The notes below the pieces were generated by a model. It did no database searches. It had not been told where the DNA came from and worked only from the letters and a program-made list of their open reading frames with translations. Below are positions 55,909 through 64,000 of a stretch of DNA of 64,000 nucleotides, in pieces. Every line of letters starts with the position of its first letter. Position 1 is the first letter of the stretch. A program made the position numbers and the translations under genes. The DNA comes from a virus, in the IMG/VR virus record IMGVR_UViG_3300012147_000001, positions 1 through 64,000 of that record, one strand, 5' to 3'.

Positions 55909-57693
55909 ATGGCATTTTCATTAAGCGGTTCAACAATTACACAGACAGGAACAGACACCTCTCTCGATGGTATTGAATTATTATCGGGCGTTACTCGCAT
56001 AACAGCTAGTGGTCTTAGTTTTTACATTTTAAATACTCGAACTATTCGTGTAGAAGGAACTTTAAGTATTGACCCTGAAATAGAGTCAATGATATTTATA
56101 AATTACGGAAATGGTATTACATTTGATGTAAGAAGTGGAGGTGTTTGTAATTTTGGACGAGAAATAGATATTGGTGCATCAGTAAACCGATTTAGTTCAG
56201 GCACTATAGCGTTGTTTACAAGAAACAGCGATAGCGAATTTGATGAAAATCGTTCAGACCTTTACGTTAGAGGTGGTGGTACGCTAAATTGGTATGGTGG
56301 TACTGTAATATCTAAACGTATTTTTGCAATTTACGGAACACTTAATACTTTTTCTCAAAACTGTGAATACATAAATCAACATACAGGAGAAACACAAATA
56401 CGACAACGTTCAAACACTACTAACGTACAAGGTCTAGTTACTAGGGGATGTTTTTTAACACTTATTAATAACCCTGTCGCTTGGAATGGGTGGAAACCGT
56501 TTGATACTCTTAACCAAGCAATATCATCTTCAAATTCTACACCAGATAGGGTTTGGTTAACACTAGCAGGGTTTGACCCATCAGGTGTAGCAGGACAACA
56601 AATTGCTTTTTGGTCTGACGTGTGGATTAGATTAATAAATAACGCAATAGGTATGTCATTAGTTGCAGGTGGTAATAATGACGGTGGTGCAAATAGTGGT
56701 ATTTATGAAATACGTCAAAAAGTAGCTATAACTACTAAAAATCTTGCAGGTGAAAACTTAAATGCTAAGTATTTTACCAAAGATTTTGATAATGGTAATC
56801 GTGTAGACACCCAAATAAATAACAACCCAACTACAATTCCAGATAGAATTTACTCTGGTATAACAACTGACGGTGTAGCTACAATAGATGATGACGGTGG
56901 AGTTTTAATTGGTGTTATATGGCGCGATATTGGCGGTGGTAGTAGATTTCAAAATGTCGAATACGATTATCGCTGTAGAGCAAATAATGATAGTGACGTA
57001 TTCACCTTTTTATTTTGTGAATATAATTATTTATTACAGCAAGCTGATTATGTAATGAAGAGCACTACACCTATTAACGTAAATAGAGTGTTTTTTATAG
57101 ACAGGTCACTAACAGAAATATCAAAAACAATTGTAGATGTTTACTCTACTATTGATAATGCTAACCAGTTCTATGATAGAGCCAAGTCATTCCTGTTCGA
57201 TAACTTTGCAGGTGAGAGCGAAACAATAGTCAATCGGTCAGGAACATTGATTGATGCTGGTAGTAACAACATTATCATTGATGCCACAACAGGTTCAGCG
57301 TTTGCTTACGATGGTTCAACTATCACAATCAAAGCATCAAACTTTGTGGGTGACTTGCTAACTACAGGCTTAATTACGTTTAGTAATGGCTCAACAATAA
57401 GTGGCACATACACAGATACTAACGGCACAGTAGCGCCTAGCGCACAGCTAACCGTAGCAGTGAATCAAATTGGTTGTGATGTTGTAATACTAGAGTCAGG
57501 AACAGATACAGTGTTAGCAAGTGTAGATGCTCAAGCAGGTAACAGTTTTGTGTGGAATTATTCAGGAGCACAGCTCATAGATGTTGGAATAATTAAACAA
57601 GGATTTGTAGTAAATTATACTTACGGTTTTCAGTTAACTGGTGCAAGTACTACGTTGCCAGTTACATTAATAGTTGATAGAAATTATTCATAA
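55909..57693 (+). CDS. Putative fibre/spike protein
   Basis: 594 aa, G/T/N-rich beta-helix-like; ends in DRNY. Confidence 0.55.
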   Translation: MAFSLSGSTITQTGTDTSLDGIELLSGVTRITASGLSFYILNTRTIRVEGTLSIDPEIESMIFINYGNGITFDVRSGGVCNFGREIDIGASVNRFSSGTIALFTRNSDSEFDENRSDLYVRGGGTLNWYGGTVISKRIFAIYGTLNTFSQNCEYINQHTGETQIRQRSNTTNVQGLVTRGCFLTLINNPVAWNGWKPFDTLNQAISSSNSTPDRVWLTLAGFDPSGVAGQQIAFWSDVWIRLINNAIGMSLVAGGNNDGGANSGIYEIRQKVAITTKNLAGENLNAKYFTKDFDNGNRVDTQINNNPTTIPDRIYSGITTDGVATIDDDGGVLIGVIWRDIGGGSRFQNVEYDYRCRANNDSDVFTFLFCEYNYLLQQADYVMKSTTPINVNRVFFIDRSLTEISKTIVDVYSTIDNANQFYDRAKSFLFDNFAGESETIVNRSGTLIDAGSNNIIIDATTGSAFAYDGSTITIKASNFVGDLLTTGLITFSNGSTISGTYTDTNGTVAPSAQLTVAVNQIGCDVVILESGTDTVLASVDAQAGNSFVWNYSGAQLIDVGIIKQGFVVNYTYGFQLTGASTTLPVTLIVDRNYS

Positions 57694-57704
57694 AGGGTTT
57701 TAAA

Positions 57705-59051
57705 ATGGCTAAAATAACTAGTAGAGCAGGTCTTAACGTAGGTACTGAAATTATAATTAATGAAGCTAATAAAACTTTTTCATTAGTTGAAGCAGGTAAT
57801 CTCAATGCTAAAGATGGTGTAACAATTCAAGCAATTTACAGTAAGTTTGTTGACCTTTGGGCTACAGCAACATACCAAGATTCACCTTTTCCAATGAACG
57901 CACTAGATGCATTATCTGGTCAGTATTTAATAGGTATTGATGCAGGTGGTAATGCAAACGGCTGGAGACCACTTAACGATACTACTCGTCAAATAATGCG
58001 AGATGGTGGTTGGGAAGAGTACGATGAAAATGGAGTACTATTAAGAGTTTATGCTGGTTTAGTTGGATTAGGAAGTGTTAGTGCTGGTGCTCAATTGTAT
58101 TACCAAACAGAGCCAACTAGTGCTCCTGTTAATTTTACTTTTGAAGACCAAGCAAACGAAGGTATACAAGTATTTGGTAACGCTGCTAACGGAAATTTTG
58201 ATAATCGCACATTCTTTAAAACATTTGTTCGAGAGCAAGGTAAAAGTTTTAGTGATTCTGTATTAGCAGACACAGGTAAAACAACTACTGGCGCATTTAT
58301 AGTTAACATGCTTTTAAGTAATTCAGATGATTTAAAAATATCTGATTTAGATAGTGAAATGACTAACGCACCTTATAATAATATTACTGTTGAATATTTT
58401 GCTAGTAATCAGTCTCGTACAATTGGTGGAGTAGCTTACAACTTTGATGTAATTATTGATGGTAATAATGCAACTCTTGAAGAGATTTACACAAAAACAC
58501 AGTTTTTGTTGCGTCAAAGTACTGATATTGATTCTGGTGCTGGTACTGTTATTGGTCAAACAGCAGATTTACTTTGTCAATTTGTAGGAGAGACATTACA
58601 AACTACTAGTGGAGTGTTTATAGATAATATTCAATCTGCTGATAGTAACCGTATTATATTTAATGATGTTACTGGTACTGATAGAATAAATCCTTTTGAA
58701 TCGTCAGGAGTGTTAAACTTTAACGCTATACTTGTTGGTGCTGGTTCTAGTTATAGATTAATGTACACTGCACCCGCAGGTACAGGAAACGATTACGGAG
58801 AAGCTGGAGCTATTACCGTTAATGATGCTAGTGGTAGTCCTATTACTGGAATTATTTCTTCTGGTTCAATTGGATTTACATTTGATTTTGATGGAGATGC
58901 TGTTGGTGGAACTGCTGGCACTGATAAAGTAGTAACATTGATTGGTATTCGTCCTAACAGTTCTAAATTTGCAGTTGCTGAAGGTTTGTTAAATCGTTCT
59001 AAAGGTATAACTTTATCTTTAGTTGCAGAAGCAGATAGAGCTTATTTGTAA
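57705..59051 (+). CDS. Putative virion structural protein
   Basis: 448 aa; GVT.QA.YSKF..LW, FPM and RDGGW.E motifs; ends in DRAY. Confidence 0.6.
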   Translation: MAKITSRAGLNVGTEIIINEANKTFSLVEAGNLNAKDGVTIQAIYSKFVDLWATATYQDSPFPMNALDALSGQYLIGIDAGGNANGWRPLNDTTRQIMRDGGWEEYDENGVLLRVYAGLVGLGSVSAGAQLYYQTEPTSAPVNFTFEDQANEGIQVFGNAANGNFDNRTFFKTFVREQGKSFSDSVLADTGKTTTGAFIVNMLLSNSDDLKISDLDSEMTNAPYNNITVEYFASNQSRTIGGVAYNFDVIIDGNNATLEEIYTKTQFLLRQSTDIDSGAGTVIGQTADLLCQFVGETLQTTSGVFIDNIQSADSNRIIFNDVTGTDRINPFESSGVLNFNAILVGAGSSYRLMYTAPAGTGNDYGEAGAITVNDASGSPITGIISSGSIGFTFDFDGDAVGGTAGTDKVVTLIGIRPNSSKFAVAEGLLNRSKGITLSLVAEADRAYL

Positions 59052-59059
59052 GGTAAAAA

Positions 59060-60964
59060 ATGATTACTTTTGACCCTATTAATAAGATTATTCAATTAGA
59101 CAGACTTAACGTGTCTGAGCGAGAGATATGGACAGCTTATGTAGATTGGGCTGTTCTTAGCGACAATTTAAAATATGGGGTTGGTTTAACTCAATTAGGA
59201 GGAAATGCTCCTGTTGCTTTATATGTTTATTTGGATTTAGGTTGGAAAATTAGACCTATAGAAGCTGATGGTGTAACTAACATTACAGGTAATTTACTTA
59301 CTGAAGATGGTTCTTCACCTGTTACAGCTACTATAGGTAATTTTAATATTTTAGTTAATTTAGTTACACCTGTACAAGCTTCAGCAATAGAAGTTGGTGG
59401 AGGTACTCAACTTAGTCAAGTACTAGCTGCTATTAATGCATTAAACAATTTTAACCCAGTTACTGATGTAGTTAGTAAAGTATCTTTAGTAGATGTAACT
59501 ACTGACCTTACTAATGGTTCTTCAGGCGGCTCTAATGGAGCTACAGCAGCAGAAATAGTTGCAGCAATGCAAGACGTAGCAGATGACTTTAAAGCTGATG
59601 TGAGTAACCTATCAGTTGATTTAACACCAGTTCAAAATGTAGTAAATGCAATATTACAAGACACAGACGAATTACAAAGTAATCAAGGTGATTGGGTTAC
59701 AGGACAAGGAACAAATGATGCTGTTACTTCATTAGAAATTGCTAATTTACGTATTGAGTTATTAGGAGAACATAATGCAACTCAACAAGTATTAAGTAAT
59801 TACGCTATAGACTTAGCTCCTATTCAAACAACAGTTGACGCTATATTAGTAGATACTAATGAATTACAACAAAACCAAGGAAATTGGATAACAGCTACTG
59901 GTTTCTTAACTAACTCATTAATGACTAATCTTTACAACAATCTTGTAAATAAACACAATCAAACACAATTAATGATAGACAACATTAATATACCAGCATC
60001 CTTTACTATTGTTGAATTGCACGATGGATTAAATAGCTATACAAACAAAAATGCATATAAAGCTGATGTAAGTACTTTAAGTAATAATGTAAACGTAGTA
60101 AGAGTTAATGGTGTAACAGTAACTGATATTAATGATTTTAAAGCTGACGTTAGTAGTTTACCAATTAATTTAACTCCTGTTTTAGATGCAATAACAGCTC
60201 TTAATAATTTTGACCCTGCTAACGATACTGTAGCAAGAGTTACATTAGTAGATACTACAACAGTAAATACTGATATGAGAGGTACTGATAACGCTAATAC
60301 TGTAGAACCAGACAATGTTAGTATTGCAAGTATTTTAGAAGACACTAGTGAGCTTCAGTTAAATCAGGATAATTGGTTAACTGCAACAGGGTTTAGCACA
60401 CACAATGAAGATGATGTAGTAACTAGTATGCAAATAGTTGCTGATGATTTTAAAGCTAATGTTAATAATATAACAATAGACACTAGTAGCATTGTTAATC
60501 AATTAAACGGTCAAATACTTGACTCAATTAAAGGTTTAGGAATACAAGCTCCACCACCTGCATATACACAAAATTTTGCGGTTACAGCAGACGGTTCTGT
60601 AATATTAGAAGCACCTAATCCTGAAAGCGTAAGTACTGATACGGAAAATGAAATGAAAAATTATACTTATAGAGATGTTGCTGGTTTACACTGGCCTGAT
60701 GCTAGTGCAGGTGAAGATACTTACTACGCTATTGATTTAACTGGTATTGGATTAGATGAAGGTGACACTGTTACTTCTGTTGATTGGGTTTTACCTAATA
60801 CAATTACTTCTTCTGACAGTTATCTTAATAGTGATGCTAGTGAAGCACATGTTAAACTGGCAACACCCACTTCAGGTACGTACAGAATTTGGGGCGAAAT
60901 TAACAGCACTGATTTAAGTAAAACATCTAAAAATCGTGTACGTATTATATTAAAAGTAGTTTGA
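59060..60964 (+). CDS. Repeat-containing fibre protein with a C-terminal adaptor-like domain
   Basis: Repeats IL.DT.ELQ.NQ..W (x3), (F/Y)KA(D/N)V (x4) and ALNNF.P..D.V..V.LVD (x2). Confidence 0.6.
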   Translation: MITFDPINKIIQLDRLNVSEREIWTAYVDWAVLSDNLKYGVGLTQLGGNAPVALYVYLDLGWKIRPIEADGVTNITGNLLTEDGSSPVTATIGNFNILVNLVTPVQASAIEVGGGTQLSQVLAAINALNNFNPVTDVVSKVSLVDVTTDLTNGSSGGSNGATAAEIVAAMQDVADDFKADVSNLSVDLTPVQNVVNAILQDTDELQSNQGDWVTGQGTNDAVTSLEIANLRIELLGEHNATQQVLSNYAIDLAPIQTTVDAILVDTNELQQNQGNWITATGFLTNSLMTNLYNNLVNKHNQTQLMIDNINIPASFTIVELHDGLNSYTNKNAYKADVSTLSNNVNVVRVNGVTVTDINDFKADVSSLPINLTPVLDAITALNNFDPANDTVARVTLVDTTTVNTDMRGTDNANTVEPDNVSIASILEDTSELQLNQDNWLTATGFSTHNEDDVVTSMQIVADDFKANVNNITIDTSSIVNQLNGQILDSIKGLGIQAPPPAYTQNFAVTADGSVILEAPNPESVSTDTENEMKNYTYRDVAGLHWPDASAGEDTYYAIDLTGIGLDEGDTVTSVDWVLPNTITSSDSYLNSDASEAHVKLATPTSGTYRIWGEINSTDLSKTSKNRVRIILKVV

Positions 60965-60971
60965 GGTAATT

Positions 60972-63152
60972 ATGCAAAACCAATTAGCCAAAGAGACTAA
61001 TCAACAAGAAGTACAAATAGATGCTCTTGGATTAGAAAATAAATTTGAGAATGATTGGGCTAATCCTCCTACTGTTGCTCAACTTAAACAGGAAATGGAA
61101 GATGCTATTCCTACCCACAATTTACAAGTTCAAAAAATTGATGCGTGGATTGATAATTTAGAGTCTAAAAAAAAGAAAGTTGATGCTAACAAAAATAAAA
61201 AAGCAAAAACTAAATCAGAGTACAAGCCAAGACTTATACGCAAACAAGCGGAATGGCGTTATCCATCTCTTACTGAACCTTTTTTAAATACTCCTGATAT
61301 GTTTGAAGTTAGTCCTACAACACACATGGACAAGCCTCGTGCAATTCAAGCAGGACAAATGATTAACTACCAGTTTAATAACAAAATAAACAAGGTAGAT
61401 TTTATTGATGAATTAATTCGTGCATTAGTAGATGAAGGTACTGCAATAGTTCGTACTGGTTGGGATTATCAAACTAGAACTGAAAGTAGAGAAGTTCCTA
61501 AAATAATTTATGAAATTACTGATGACCCTCAGTACATTCAAAGATTGCAGCAATTAATACAAGTTAGTCAACAAAACCCTGAAATACTTGACCAACTTAG
61601 TGAAATGGAAAGAACTGCTTTAGAACTTACTATGGAACAAGGTGAACCAGTAATAGGTATTGCTACTGGTGAAATGATACAAGAAGAATACGAGTTTGTA
61701 GTACGTGATGCACCATCTTTAGAAGTATGTGATTACCGTTCAGTAATTATTGACCCTACTTGCAAAGGTGACATGGAAAAAGCTAACTTTGTAATATATA
61801 AATTTGAAACCTCTAAGAGTGAATTACAGTCTACTGGTTTGTATAAAAACTTAGATTTAATTAGTCTTGATGATTCCAGCATATTAAAAGAATCTGATGA
61901 AATTATTGATGAATTAGAAATTAATAATTTTAATTTTAGAGATGAACCACGTAAACGTATTGTGGCTTATGAGTATTGGGGTTTTTGGGATACTAAAGCT
62001 GATGGTATTGCTAGACCTATTGTTGCTACTTTTGTTGGTAGTGTAATGATTAGACTTGAAGAAAATCCATTTAGTCATGGTAAATTACCATTCGATATTG
62101 CACGTTTAATGCCAAAACGTAGAGAAACTTATGGTGAGCCAGATGGTGAATTAATTGAAGATAATCAAAAAGTTGTTGGCGCATTGTCTAGAGGTATGAT
62201 TGATTTAATGGCTAAATCTTCTAATGGACAAACAGCTTATGCTAAAGGTTTTTTAGACCCACTAAATCGCAGACGAATGATTAATCAAGAAAGTTATGAA
62301 TTTAATCCTCAAGCTCCACCAGACCAAGGAATATTTCAACACAAATACCCAGAAATACCTGCTAGTGCATACAACTTAGTTCAGATGCATCAAAACGAAG
62401 CAGAGAGCTTTACTGGTGTAAAAGCATTCGGACAAGGACTTAACGGGGATTCTCTTGGCTCAAGTGTAGGAGGTATACGTTCTGCTTTAGATGCAGCAGG
62501 TAAACGTGAGATGTCAATTTTAAGAAGAATTGTTGCTTGTATGAATCGTGTAGGTAAAAAGATTCTTGCAATGAATGCACAATTTCTTGATGGCACACAA
62601 TTTGTAAGATTAACAGACGAAAACTTTGTTGAAATTAACCCAGATGATATTACTGGAGAGTTTGATTTAGTATTAGATATTAGTACCGCAGAAGCAGACA
62701 ATGAAAAAGCTTCTGAGTTAGCTTTTATGCTACAAACTATGGGTAACAATGCACCATTTGAAGTTACTAAAATGTTGTTAATGGACATTGCTAGATTACG
62801 TAAACTACCTAATTTAGTTAAAAAATTAGAAGAATGGAGTCCACAGCCTGACCCAATGGCTGAACAGATGAAGCAAATCGAAATGAAAATTAGAATGGCT
62901 GAAGCTGTTGAAATGGAAACTAGAGCTAAGAAAAATCTAGCACAAGCAGAAAGAGATTTAGCAAATGCTCGTAAGATTGGTTCTGATGCTGACATGAAAG
63001 ATTTAGATTTTGTTGAACAAGAATCTGGTACTAAACATGAACGTGATAGAGATTTAATGAGCCAACAATCTGAAGGTAATATTAAACATGCGTTAGTAAA
63101 AAATCAGTTAGAAATGCAACGAGATAAAGAAAAGAGTAGAAATACTGTTTAA
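60972..63152 (+). CDS. Portal protein (N4 gp59-like)
   Basis: PRLIRKQAEWRYPSLTEPFL, VDEGTAIV, YEYWG, EAESFTGVKAF and LAFMLQT. Confidence 0.93.
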   Translation: MQNQLAKETNQQEVQIDALGLENKFENDWANPPTVAQLKQEMEDAIPTHNLQVQKIDAWIDNLESKKKKVDANKNKKAKTKSEYKPRLIRKQAEWRYPSLTEPFLNTPDMFEVSPTTHMDKPRAIQAGQMINYQFNNKINKVDFIDELIRALVDEGTAIVRTGWDYQTRTESREVPKIIYEITDDPQYIQRLQQLIQVSQQNPEILDQLSEMERTALELTMEQGEPVIGIATGEMIQEEYEFVVRDAPSLEVCDYRSVIIDPTCKGDMEKANFVIYKFETSKSELQSTGLYKNLDLISLDDSSILKESDEIIDELEINNFNFRDEPRKRIVAYEYWGFWDTKADGIARPIVATFVGSVMIRLEENPFSHGKLPFDIARLMPKRRETYGEPDGELIEDNQKVVGALSRGMIDLMAKSSNGQTAYAKGFLDPLNRRRMINQESYEFNPQAPPDQGIFQHKYPEIPASAYNLVQMHQNEAESFTGVKAFGQGLNGDSLGSSVGGIRSALDAAGKREMSILRRIVACMNRVGKKILAMNAQFLDGTQFVRLTDENFVEINPDDITGEFDLVLDISTAEADNEKASELAFMLQTMGNNAPFEVTKMLLMDIARLRKLPNLVKKLEEWSPQPDPMAEQMKQIEMKIRMAEAVEMETRAKKNLAQAERDLANARKIGSDADMKDLDFVEQESGTKHERDRDLMSQQSEGNIKHALVKNQLEMQRDKEKSRNTV

Positions 63153-63205
63153 AATGGTTAATATAGTCAATGTGATTACACTATATTAACTAATTAAGGA
63201 ATCAA

Positions 63206-63535
63206 ATGTCTGAACAAACTGAAATAGAAGTTACTGTTGAAGCTCTTAAAAATGATGTGTCTATTAGAGACAGTCTTTATCGTTTACTAAGTAACGAAGA
63301 TTTTAAAGTTTTAGTAATAGAAGGTTATTTAAAAAATGAAGCAGTACGTAATACTAAAATATTAGGTGATGCAAACATTCGTGCTAATCAAAGAGCTTTT
63401 GATTCAACTATTGATGAACTTAAAGCTATTGGTTTACTAGATAACCATTTTCGTACCATTGAGATTGTAGGTAATAAAGCTGAAGAAGATTTAGCTGCTT
63501 ACGAAAAAATGGAACTAGAAGACGATTTGGAGTAA
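63206..63535 (+). CDS. N4 gp58-like protein
   Basis: L.RL..N.DFK.LVIEGY...EA.R motif; follows the portal gene. Confidence 0.75.
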   Translation: MSEQTEIEVTVEALKNDVSIRDSLYRLLSNEDFKVLVIEGYLKNEAVRNTKILGDANIRANQRAFDSTIDELKAIGLLDNHFRTIEIVGNKAEEDLAAYEKMELEDDLE

Positions 63536-63541
63536 TAAAGT

Positions 63542-64000
63542 ATGTCTGAAGACAACAACACAGAAAATACTCAAGAACCAGATTTTCTAAATTTGTCGGA
63601 TGATGAATTTGAAAGATTTGGTTTATATCCTCCTGAATCTCCTGCTTCTGAAGACGTAGAAGAATCTTCTGATAATACCGAACAAGAAGATACTTTAAAC
63701 GAAGAAGAACAAAGTGACGAATCTGAAGTTGAGTCCAACCAAGGCGAAGCCGAAGGTTTGGACGTAAACGAAGGTGAGGAAACTGACCAAGAAGAATTAG
63801 ATACTGAAACTTCTGATAATGAAGAAGAAGACAGCACTGACGATGAACCTGAATCAATAAAAGCTAGTGCTTTTTATAAAGCATTAACAGCACCTATTAA
63901 AGCTAATGGTAAAATGGTGTCAGTAACTAGTCCAGAAGAAGCTATAAAGCTTATTCAAAAAGGATTAGGTTACAATGCTGAAATGGTTAAGTTAAAACCA
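63542..64000 (+). CDS. N4 gp57-like scaffold protein, 5' partial
   Basis: ATG 63542; acidic N-terminus (DFLNLSDDEFE) then APIKANGK...EEAIKLIQKG..Y; open to the window end. Confidence 0.8.
   Translation, partial: MSEDNNTENTQEPDFLNLSDDEFERFGLYPPESPASEDVEESSDNTEQEDTLNEEEQSDESEVESNQGEAEGLDVNEGEETDQEELDTETSDNEEEDSTDDEPESIKASAFYKALTAPIKANGKMVSVTSPEEAIKLIQKGLGYNAEMVKLKP

Noticed and set aside
62390-62995. 201-aa antisense ORF over the portal gene (and similar antisense ORFs elsewhere)
   Set aside because: Antisense shadow of a conserved gene
1-64000. tRNA genes, integrase, reverse transcriptase or stop-codon recoding
   Set aside because: No T-loop/cloverleaf found in the gaps by eye, no such protein motifs, and core genes are intact under the standard code; tRNAscan-SE would be needed to be certain

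Overview
AT-rich lytic bacteriophage DNA of the N4-like family (Schitoviridae), about 64 kb and circularly permuted. It is identified by a 3317-aa virion RNA polymerase (142-10095), a split two-subunit RNAP II (34423-37077) and the N4 core gene order: RuvC, SSB, Sak4, primase, exonuclease, PolA, helicase, vWA/AAA, rIIA/B, terminase, portal. Early and middle genes run on the minus strand (about 41.1 to 10.1 kb) and late genes on the plus strand (41.8 kb onward, continuing into the vRNAP). The probable genome-end/terminal-repeat junction lies at about 41.2-41.8 kb. Most notable observations: (1) RBS-preceded +1-frame ORFs nested in the vRNAP linker; (2) a free-standing HNH gene with a ~200-nt structured leader next to a compositionally distinct PolA 3' end; (3) a cluster of probable immune-signal sponge/anti-defence genes at 42.5-43.7 kb; (4) covarying vRNAP hairpin promoters with a T-GAA-A loop, one driving a ~190-nt structured RNA; (5) a multi-stem element beside twin winged-helix genes at the putative genome end. 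No tRNA, CRISPR array or integrase was seen. All family assignments come from motif recognition by eye, not database searches.
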